This document shows, in pieces, positions 22,351 through 32,362 of a stretch of 36,198 bases of DNA. The stretch's first letter is position 1. Each line of letters starts with the position of its first letter. This stretch comes from Octopus bimaculoides (Eukaryota), in assembly GCF_001194135.2 (NCBI RefSeq), contig NC_068981.1:90184689-90220886 (forward strand). Reading direction: 5' to 3'. Made by a program: the position numbers and the translations under genes. The notes beneath the pieces are model-generated. The model was not told the origin of the DNA. It searched no databases and saw only the letters and a list, made by a program, of their open reading frames with translations.

Positions 22351-22995
22351 ATTAGAAGCATCAGTTGTGGTGTGCAAGAGAGACGATTGCGCTGGTATGG
22401 ACATGTGGTGAGAATGGATGAGGATAGCTGCGTGAAAAAGTGCCACACCCTAACAGTTGAGGGAACCCGTGGAAGAGGTAGGCCCAGGAAGACCTGGGCT
22501 GAGGTGGTGAGGCAAGACCTTCGTACATTGGGCCTCACCGAGGCGATGACTACTNNNNNNNNNNNNNNNNNNNNNNNNNNNNNNNNNNNNNNNNNNNNNN
22601 NNNNNNNNNNNNNNNNNNNNNNNNNNNNNNNNNNNNNNNNNNNNNNNNNNNNNNNNNNNNNNNNNNNNNNNNNNNNNNNNNNNNNNNNNNNNNNNNNNNN
22701 NNNNNNNNNNNNNNNNNNNNNNNNNNNNNNNNNNNNNNNNNNNNNNNNNNNNNNNNNNNNNNNNNNGGTGGCACATAAAAGACACCATTTCGAGCTTGGC
22801 CGTTTTCGTGCGGGTGACACGTAAAAGCACCCACTACACTCTGAGTAGTTGGCGTTAGGAAGGGCATCCAGCTGTAGAAACTCTGCCAAATTAGACTGGA
22901 GCCTGGTGTTGCCATCCGGTTTCACCAGTCCTCAGTCAAATCGTCCAACCCATGCTAGCATGGAAAGCGGACGTTAAACGAAGATGATGATGATG
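22351..22995 (+). mobile_element. 5'-truncated RTE LINE (ORF C-terminus, gap, 3'UTR)
   Basis: SISCGVQERRLRWYGHVVRMDEDSCVKKCHTLTVEGTRGRGRPRKTW is a typical RTE C-terminus; Ns span 22555-22766; the tail ends (GAT)n. Confidence 0.88.
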
Positions 22996-23495
22996 AAATT
23001 TATGGGGTCATCTATTGCATGGATACTACATTTGAGAGGCTGAAATTCAAGCTAGAATCCTAAGTATCATATTGGTAGCAGAAACCCAACTGATCTCTAA
23101 GCAAATAATAAAACAATTACAGTAATATTACTAATTCTATGCATTGAAATACACATCCTAGTAAATTACAAATCCCATAAACAAGACCGCGTAGCTCTTA
23201 TAAATATTTACACTTTTTCTTATTTGTATCCATCAAACTTAACAGACTAGCTGAGTTTAAATCTCATAATTATGTTATATCACCACCAGTAACATATCTA
23301 CCCAGTATCAACATGCCGCTATCTACCGTAATGTGGTGCATGCAGCCGATATCTACTCAGCAGGTTTCACATCCTGACTCTTCAATAACACTACACTATT
23401 TTCATGTTCTGTAAAACCCCGGGTTCCCTAAAAAGTCATCAGGGGTTCCACATTTTAAAAAATAATGCCGAAGGATTCCACAGAAAAAAAAGTTT

Positions 23496-23825
23496 GGGAA
23501 CCACTGATCTAGTGATTAAATGTTTTTAGGCTTACCGGAGTCATATCTCTGGCAAACACCACTGTCTGAATTCATACAGTGTTCGTCAACATTGCTGTCT
23601 GTGAAACGTGTTTCTCACCATGTAAACAGATGAGCGCATGACAAATATTTATTGCATTTGGGGATAAAGGTTGCATGGGAACCACTGATCTAGCAATTAA
23701 TTGAATGTTTTTAGGTTTACCAAAGTCATGCCTTTGTGCAAATTCAGACAGTGGCATTTGCCAACAGTGTTGTCTGTGAAACAGGTTTCTGACCATCTAA
23801 GCAACGAATGTATGACGCATGTGTT
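23496..23825. repeat. Diverged 180-bp tandem duplication starting at a hAT-like terminus
   Basis: GGGAACCACTGATCTAG at 23496 and 23676, followed by alignable AATGTTTTTAGG.TTACC..AGTCAT and TGTCTGTGAAAC..GTTTCT.ACCAT. Confidence 0.75.
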
Positions 23826-24159
23826 TACTGTGCTTGAAGATGTATGCAGGTTTGCAGTATATCCTGTACATACATTTTAGTAATGGTGATGTAGCACCCA
23901 TCAACAGATGTGTAGTGCTCGCTATTAAATGGTGTTTTACTATAAGCACCAAGCATTCCACCTATAGAGCAGACTACAGTAAGGTGGGCACACAATTTTG
24001 TAAGTGTTATTTCTACATACAGTAAAATACAGCACTTTGACTCACAAATGTTGTCCTGTTGTTCATGAATAATAAGGTCAACAGAAAATTCCCAATTGTT
24101 TTGCCAAAAATAGGGTGTTGAATTTTACTCAAGTATATATGGTAAATATACATGCACTT

Positions 24160-27033
24160 AGTGACTCAGGGAAGAAAGATGCATGGAAGTGTCACTATGA
24201 AAGGTTACTAAATGTGGAAAATGAATGGGAGAAGGAGAGTCCACTAAATATCAAACCAATTGAGCAACCAGTTATCAGAGTTGACAGCAGCATAATAGAT
24301 AAAGCAATTATGAACATGAAGACAGGGAAAGTGCTTGGGCCATCAGGAATCGGTGCCAAAATGATTAAAATTTCCAGTAGTGTAGGATACAGCTTAGTCA
24401 CCCATATAGTTAATCAGGCTATTCAGGAAGGCACTATCCCCAATGACTGGTGTAGTAGTATTATAGTTAACTGCTACAAGAGTAAAGGTGATGCCTAAGA
24501 AACAACTAGAGGCATAAAGTTGCTAGGTCAAGTCATGAAAGTTACTGAGAGGGTTATAGCTCAATTGATTAGAAAGAGAACTAAACTAGATGAGATGCAG
24601 TTTGGGTTTGTACCTGGGAAGAGTACCACAGGTGCCATCTTTCTAGTGAAACAGCAGCAGGAAAAGTACTTGACCAAAAGAAACCAAAGGTACTTAGCCT
24701 TCGTCCTGGAGAATGCTTTCAACAGAGTTCCCTGTTCTGTTTTATGGTGGTCTCTAAGGAAGTTAGAAGTAGAGGAATGGTTTGTTAGAGCTTCACAAGC
24801 CATGTACAGTGATGCTGTCAGTAAGGTGAGAGTCAGCCATGAATACAGTGATGAATTTAGCATACAGGTAGGGGTTCATCAGGGATCAGTTTTCAGTGCA
24901 CTCTTATTCATTATAGTCCTCCAGGCCATAACAGAGGAATTCAAAGCTGGATGCCCATGATAACTGGTATATGCTGATTTACATTGCTCTTATTGCAGCA
25001 TCTTTAGCAGAATTGAAGAAGTTCCCGGTATAGAAACAAAACCTGGAATAAAGGGCCTTAAAGTTAACCTAGCAAAGACCCAAGTTGTTGTTAGTAAGAA
25101 AGAAGATAAAACTCGCCTTCCGTCAGGTAAATGACCCAGCTTAATATGTAGGAAAGGAGTTGGAAGAAATTCCCTTTGCCACACCCAATGTAAACTATGG
25201 ACACCTAAGAGGTGCAGTGGAAGCACAGGTAGATTAACAGATAAAGTTGCCTTTGTATGTAGCAGATGTGCAGGCACTAAGAGCATGTGGGACTTAGGTT
25301 CTCTCAAATGCCCAGGAGGTTCTCTTGAGGTTGTAAAAAGTTTCTGTTACTTAGGTGACCAAATTAGCAATGGTGGAGAATGCTCTGAAAGTATTGTTTC
25401 TAGAATAAGAATTGAGTAGAGGAAGTTCAGAGAGCTATTACCTCTGTTGGCAATGAAAGGACTCTCTCAGAGTGAAAGCTAAAATGTATGATGCTTGTGT
25501 GCAAACTGCTATACTCCATGGTAGTGAGACATGGGCTCTGAATACAGAAGACTGAAGAGAAATGAAGGTAGTATGCTCCGACAAAATGCAAATGTATTGA
25601 GAGAAAAGAGGAATCAAATGTAGCATGCAAGAGAGAAAATGTTTGTTTGGACATGTGATGCATATGAATGAGGACAGTTGCATAAAGAAGTGCCAATCAC
25701 TTAAAGTGGATGGTACTCGCAGAAGAGGGAGACCCAGGAAGATGTGGGATGAAATGGTAAGGACCAATCTCAACATGTTGGGCTTCACAGAGGAAATGAC
25801 AATGAACCAAGATGTCTGGCGATATGAGGTTCTTGAGAAAACCCGCCCACTTCAGTGAAACTGAGCTCTAGAAGCACTGGGTGTCCGACCCACACTTAAA
25901 ACTTCTCACACACTAACACAACACACCAAGCTACATCTCTTCCTCACATTTCCACTTCATGCACTGTGCTTACCTCACACTCCCCGATCCTGTCCTCTTG
26001 GCCCTGTCCCACTGTATCATTGCTCTCTGCTAGCCCCTGACATGTGTGTTTCACTCATACGTAACGAAACTTTTCACACACCCTACACCAACAAACCAAT
26101 CTACATCTCTTCCTCACATTTCCTCCTTCGTTCACTATGAATCCCCAATCCTGTCCTCAGGCCCTGTTCCTCTGTATCATTGCTACGGGTAACCATGTAT
26201 TTCCTTTGCAGCAGCGCACCTGTTTCTGTTCCTAATCTCTTTCTCTCAAGCTGGATAACCTTGTACCTCTTCTACAGCAAGACACCTGTTTCAGCCTCTC
26301 TGTCTCACTATGAAAGGAGCACTCCATCAGTTACGACGACGAGGGTCCCAGCTGATACAATCAATGGAACAGATTGCTCGTGAAACTAACGTGCAAGTGA
26401 CTGAGCAATCCACAGACATGTGTACCCCTAACATAGTTCTCGGGGAGATTCAGCGTGACACATAGCGTAACAAGGCTGGCTCTTTGAAATACAGGTACTA
26501 CTCATTTTTGCCAGCTGAGCGGACTGGAGCAACGTGAAATAAAGTGTCTTGCTCAAGGACACAACGCGCCACCGGGAATCGAACTCACGACCTTACGATC
26601 ATGAGCCGAATGCCCTAACCACTAAGCTCATGCACCTTCTGTCTCACTATAACCTTTCATCATCTGACACATGATCACCTCTTCCAATGCCCCCTCACTT
26701 CTTAAAAGGGTTTTGTCTTGCAGGTTACTTGGTGACTGTCAGTGCAGGCGCCACTTAAAAAGCATCCAGTCCATACTGTAAAGTTGTTGGCATTTGGAAG
26801 GGCATCCAGCCTTAACAAAAAACAAAAACCTTGCCAAAACTGACCTCACCTGTGCTTGTGCCACGTAAAAAGCACTAAGTCCACTCTGTTGAGTTGTTGG
26901 TGTTAGGAAGGGCATCCAGTTATAAAAACCTTGCCAAAACAGTTGCAGAAGTCTGGTGCAGGCTTCTGCTTTGCCGGCTCTTGTCAAACGATTTCACCCA
27001 TGCCAGCATGGAAGGCAGATGTTAAAGAATGAT
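24160..27033 (+). mobile_element. Degenerate 5'-truncated RTE LINE (RT pseudogene plus long 3'UTR)
   Basis: Frameshifted or stop-containing RT: WKCHYERLLN..MKTGKVLGPSGI..YKSKGDA*, QFGFVPGKSTTGAIF, AFNRVP, VGVHQGSVFSALLF, LVYAD, FGHVMHMNEDSCIKK..RGRPRKMW. The UTR ends GAAGGCAGATGTTAAAGAATGAT. Confidence 0.9.
26312..26637 (-). mobile_element. Family D SINE inserted into the RTE 3'UTR
   Basis: 13-bp TSD TCTGTCTCACTAT (26299-26311, 26638-26650); tRNA-like head TGAGCTTAGTGGTTAG..GAGTTCGATTCCCGG; core GTTGTGTCCTTGAGCAAGACAC; family-B tail. Confidence 0.88.
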
Positions 27034-27044
27034 ACATTACACAC

Positions 27045-27350
27045 ATTCTTTTATTTCAGTCATTTGACTGCGGCCATGTTGGAGCACCACCTTTAGCTGA
27101 ACGAATTGACCCCAGGACTTATTCTTTGTAAGCCTAGTACTTATTCTATCGGTCTTTTTTGCCAAACCGCTAAGTTACGGAGACATAAACATACCAGCAT
27201 TGGTTGTCAAGCAATGGTGGGGGGACAAAGACATACAAACATATACACACACACACACACACAAGACAAACTTCTTTCAGTTTCCGTCTACCAAATCCAC
27301 TCACAAGGCTTTGGTCGGCCCGAGACTATAGTAGAAGGCACTTGCCCAAG
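27045..27350 (-). mobile_element. Family A SINE
   Basis: Reverse complement from TCAGTCATTTGACTGCGGCCATG to GGCACTTGCCCAAG. Confidence 0.8.
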
Positions 27351-28169
27351 ATATATAACACCAATGAGTTGATGCTTTACTCAATTTCGTTATTACGACC
27401 AGCTTCATAGAGAAATGCAAGAATCTATCACTCCCACATCATGACATGGTCTTTGAATTGGCCTGGCAACTCAATCTAAACACACCTCCTTCATCTTACA
27501 ATTACTTAGAGATTCAACATCACAATGAACAATGACAAGATACAATACAGAAAATTTTCAACAGCCTGATCTGAAAACGCTAAAACAATGATCTGAATAA
27601 TAACTACAATTACTACCTTGTTTAATCTTTTCTTTCCCATATTTCTTTCAAAATGGTCTGGTTCTGTTTAAATTAATTATGAAGTGAAATAACTATCATT
27701 AAGCTGGTACATGGAATAAATTAACATGGAACTTTAACCGAAATTTTTGAAGAAGCTCACGTTAGAACAAAATTTTCTATCATGAAACTATCAGGTTGAT
27801 GTCACAAAAGGGTTAAATAGCTGTCTCTTTTCTTAGAATTTATTCAACACTTTAAGTACTACTTGATCATTACAAAAAAAAAAAAAAAAAAAAAAAAAAC
27901 ATCAGTAATAATTATCTGTCACCTACTCCATATGAAGTTCCAATACACAAGGAGGTTGATGTTTCTGAAACTACAATTTTAGGTGCGCTTTCAGTGTCTT
28001 GAACAAACCAATTGCTTTTTCTCTTCAAGTTATGGATATCATAGAAAATATTAGGAAATGGGAAGCATTTGTAATTCAAGGCTATTTTACAGAACACTTT
28101 AGAAGTTAATTTATTCCTGTTAACAATGTCTTGCATCCTGGGACTGATAGAGCCATTTACCCAGTTTCC

Positions 28170-28682
28170 ATAGCATTTAAACCAACCATGTCCAGCCAAA
28201 ATAACCTACTTGTTTTGTCTTCAAACCAGCCAGATCTGGCCTCTCACACTTAACCTACAATATTTATTCTAAATTGGCACCATGAGCAAGTGTCTTCTAT
28301 AGCCTCTTGAGCAATAAAGAAATCAGAAACTGAAAGAAGCCCATCATATATATAAATATATAAGTATATATTTGTATGTCTATGTCTGCCCCACCCCATC
28401 ACCACCTGACAACCAGTGTTGGTGTTTAATTCCCCATAACTTAGCATTTCAGCAAAAGAGACTAATAGAATAAGTACTAGGCTTTAAAAATAACTCCTGG
28501 GGTCAATTCACTCAACTTCAAAAAATTTAAGGTGGTGCTCCAGCACAATCACAGCCAGATGACTGAAACAAGGAAAAGAGTAAAAGAATATCACTGAAAT
28601 CTTAAAGTACAAGGTAATGCATGACTTATTCAAATCAATGTGAATAAATAGGCATCACATTTGACAGAAATCTGAAAGCTAG
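28170..28682. mobile_element. P2 MITE split by a family A SINE (~28275-28590)
   Basis: Left half TAGCATTTAAACCAACC..CTCTCACAC matches 20340-20420; right half CAAGGTAATGCATGAC..GTGAATAAATAGGCATCACATTTGACAG matches 20457-20515. Confidence 0.65.
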
Positions 28683-29019
28683 CCAAGTGACCAAGATCAC
28701 AGCATCCACCCATTGATGAGATGCATGTCTGTCACAAGGTTATTCATTTACAGCTGATTGAACTGAAGCAATATGAAGTGCTTTGCACACACATCCCCCA
28801 CCAAAAAAAAACTGAAATGCTGTACAATCCAGCCTAAGCAATTCCATTAATGTTCCCTTGATGATTACCACAGTATCAAACTTAAAAGTGTTACTCAACA
28901 ATCATATAATAATCCAGCAAAGATCTGGTTAATGAACAGGAATTCACAGCTCCACCACTTGAGTTTCTCAGTCAACAAGGATCTAAAATGTACCAGAGCC
29001 TTTAAAGTACAAAGTTATC

Positions 29020-29130
29020 GTCATCGTTTAACATTCGTTTTCCATGCTGGCATGGGTTGGACAGTTTGACTGAGGACTGGCAAGCCAGAAGGATGTACCA
29101 GACTCCAACCATTGTCACTTCCAGTCCAGG
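29020..29130 (-). mobile_element. RTE tail fragment
   Basis: CGTCATCGTTTAACATTCGTTTTCCATGCTGGCATGGGTTGGACAG is the reverse complement of the tail. Confidence 0.7.
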
Positions 29131-29634
29131 TGCTCTTATGATATACTTTGGTTGAAGCATAGCAGCCACTATTTGCAATAATAGTAGACATGCTTACATC
29201 TTGTACCTTGGAAATACTGGAGTATAAAATTTGAGTGAAATAAAACAATCTATATCTCAGTAACTGTTTCTTGTCACAACACTATGTATTAAAGAGCTTT
29301 ACAGAGTCAATACTTATCTCTAGTCTTATGATGTTAAACAAGTGAGATATTACTATTCCAGTAGAATAGAGTAATATATTACCTTGCTGGAATTTAATGT
29401 TCAACTGAAGCCATAGAATAAACAGGGTCCCATCCAAAACAATCACTTGAAGCAGATAATTTTTCATTTATGTGCATGAAGTGCAACACATCTATTCAGC
29501 CATTTTAGTTCCCACAGTTAACTATTAATGCAAAAATATCTGAGATATCTACAGCTAAAGTATGAAAATAAGGCGTGAACTGAAATCAGTAAAAAATATA
29601 GATAGTATCAGAAATTTTATCTAATATTGATATA

Positions 29635-30874
29635 TGAGGATCAGCTGAAAAGTTCACAGGCTGACCATGATACTCATAGAATGTAACCAAATGAGGTTTA
29701 TTTTTCAAAGACCCTCACCCCTCGAGGTTCACACACTTCTTCCATCAGTGTTGCAGTGCTTGGATCTCAATGCTGAAGCTTTCATCCTGTAGGTCAAAGA
29801 GTCATCAACAGCAGATATATCATCAGTACAATACTGGTTCCTAGCCAAGTTTTATACATGTTAGGGAACAAATGATAGTCAGATCGGGCCAAGTAAGGAG
29901 AACAGAGAGGGTGATCAACTAGTTCAAAGCCACAATCATGCACAACAGGCATTGAAACTAAGGACTTGTGAGCTGGAGCATGTGTTGATGAAACAAGACC
30001 CTTTTTGACAGCTTTCCTGGCAATTTGGTTTTGATAGCCTAACATAACTACTTCAGCAAGTCAACTTTGTATATTTCATTGATGTGGCCCTTCTGAAGAA
30101 GGTCAATAAACGCAATGCCTTTTGCATACCAAAAGGCTGAGGCCATCACCTTCCCTGCAGACGAAACAACCTTGAACTTCTTTGGAACAGGTGAAGAGGA
30201 GTGTTTCCACTTCATGGATTATCTCCTTGCCTCTGGGTCAAAGTGATGAAGCCAACACTCATCTTGGGTGAGGAAAAGTACAAGAAAACCAGCTGGATAT
30301 GCCTCAAGCTGTGTCAGATTTTTCCCATGTGATCAACCTGATGAGCTTTTAATCAGGTGTCAGAAGATGTGGCACCCACCAAGCAGAAACCTTTGTCATG
30401 CCAAATTTACTATGTAGAATATTCTCAACTCTCATGGGATATGCAAATAGTATTAGCTATTTGATTTATAGTCAATCACCTGTCATTCATTCCCATGTGG
30501 TGAACCTGATCAATGCTTTCCTCAGCAGTGGCAAAACGTCCAAGTCTTGAGTCATCTTCAAGATCTCCCTTTCCCTCCTCAATTCAGCTGCCCACTTTTG
30601 CACTGTTGATAAAGTTGGAGTGACATCCCCTAATGTAGCAACCATGTCAGCATGAATGTAGTTGGGAGCTAAACCCTTTTTCTGCAGGTATTTGGTAACA
30701 CTGCAATGCCAAATATTGTCGATGGTCAAAAGTCACTACTTCTTTGGATAGTCAGATATCAGTTTACCTGGAAAGAAACAATGCAGTTAAGAGTTGAAAT
30801 GAATGTGTGCAAGATTTCGCAGCTCTAGCATCATTCTTTCATAGTCAGCCTATGAACTTTTCAGCCCACCCTCG
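29635..30874 (-). mobile_element. Full-length (1240 bp) degenerate mariner transposon
   Basis: TIRs (C/T)GAGG.T..GCTGAAAAGTTCA.AGGCTGAC.ATGA at both ends with TA TSDs (29633-34, 30875-76). Broken transposase: TKYLQKKGLAPNYIHADMVATLGD..TVQKWAAE, WLHHFDPE..SAGKVMASAFW, APAHKS..CGFELVDHP..SP.LA.SDYHLFPNM. Confidence 0.92.
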
Positions 30875-31301
30875 TATTAGGCAACAGGAATTTTTTATGT
30901 ATAGAGAGAAAAAACTTATAACATTCCTAAAATTTAGGAATGGTATCAAATAATACAATAAAAACTGGGAGGCCGAATCAGTATGCCAAGAATGAAGTGA
31001 AACCCGAGAGTTATAGAAAATAAAGTCTGACCTTATGATTTCATGCGTAGTGAGTCTTTTTAATTTACTTCAACTGACAGACTTAGAAATATACAAAGGG
31101 ACATAATACTGTCATTATTGAATACTTTCGTTGTTAACACTTTTCTGACATTTCTCAATGCATAAATTCAACCACGGATTTAGTTTCAAAAATCATCTAA
31201 GTTCCGTGTATTTTGAAAACCTATAATTGAACAACACGAGCTTGGTGAGTTTTTTTTGTTTTTTTTCTTTTTCTTCTTTTCGAAGCTTTTCTACACCTTA
31301 C

Positions 31302-31393
31302 CGTATTTGTTACAACTGTCCCGTAACTCGAAATCGATAAATAAGATCGATGGAGAGTTCGATCGGCACCGCAACATGGCTACTGTTCAGTGA
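31302..31393 (-). other. Candidate 92-nt 5'UTR cassette exon derived from an antisense SINE tail
   Basis: Acceptor CCTTTATTCTTTTCAG ends at 31394; donor ACG|GTAAGG at 31301; contains GCCATG at 31377. The plus strand resembles the CORE-SINE 3' end (…CAACATGGC…TGACTGAAAAGAATAAAGG). Confidence 0.3.
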
Positions 31394-31894
31394 CTGAAAA
31401 GAATAAAGGCATATCACTCGGAGATGGTCTGTGTAGAAATACATTTACTTAACAAAAGATGAAAGGACTAAATATTAAAGTACGCGTACAAATGTCCATT
31501 TGTATGTATCGATTCTTAACCATCTCCCTGTCCCGTGTATCACATGTGGTATGCAGGACACGTTTCCCTGGCATCCATGCATCATACACAACACACAATC
31601 CCAGTTTTTTTTTTTTAATCATCGGAGTAACTTGAGAGTTACGAATGGAAGGCTTTATATTACTCAGAACATACGAAACAGAGCGATAACTGAAAGTCTG
31701 AAAACCAGCTTGGCCGTTTAGAACAAACTTATGAAAATGCTTTGGCTTAGGCAAAGGGTTAAGAGACCACTAAGGAAAAATCAAGCTTAAGAACTTTAAT
31801 AGATTGAATTTGAGGACTGAAATCACAAATATAAACCAAAGCCGCGTAAGGCATGACTACTAATACGTCAACCTTAACAGATTACGACACTCAC

Positions 31895-32160
31895 CAAATA
31901 GTTTGAGGTTTTGAAGTGTAACGCGCGCACGCACGTACACTGCAATCAGACCTTTCCTGGCTCGCTAAAATTCTTGATAATCTGCTTTTAAGGACTTCTT
32001 AAAAGATGCATTCATAGACGGTTGATAGATTCTCGTCTTAATATTTAAGAAAATGCTAACACAAACGGAAGCGAAAAGTTAAAAACCGGAAAAAAAAAAA
32101 ATCATTCAGCTGATGATGTGATCATTCGATATGAAATGGCTCCACCCTTAAAAGAAAATC
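31895..32160 (-). promoter_or_regulatory. Candidate FASN promoter and non-coding exon 1 (donor TTG|GTGAGT at 31894)
   Basis: Locally CpG-rich (13 CpG in 31861-32100) and free of recognisable repeats. ETS-like CCGGAA/CGGAAG, CACCC box, YY1-like AAATGGC, E-box CAGCTG and a consensus donor are all present. The TSS position is not determinable from sequence. Confidence 0.45.
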
Positions 32161-32362
32161 GAAATTGATATGACTAGTGGCGTTTTGCATCGGCAAAATG
32201 TAATATAAATAAATAATTCAATGTATTTCTCGAAAAGCAATGGTAAAGTGCATCTGTTACAAGATACTAATCTTGTCAGCTTCAGTTTCTGTTCGTAACT
32301 TATTTCAGTTATATTTACGAGGTAGGGGCTTCATAAATATCTGAGAAACCATTATATCTGTA

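Noticed and set aside
27912-28199. 95-aa minus-strand ORF (MAGHGWFKCYGNW...)
   Set aside because: Its start lies in a MITE end, it has no recognisable homology or convincing acceptor, and a few ORFs of this length are expected by chance in 36 kb.
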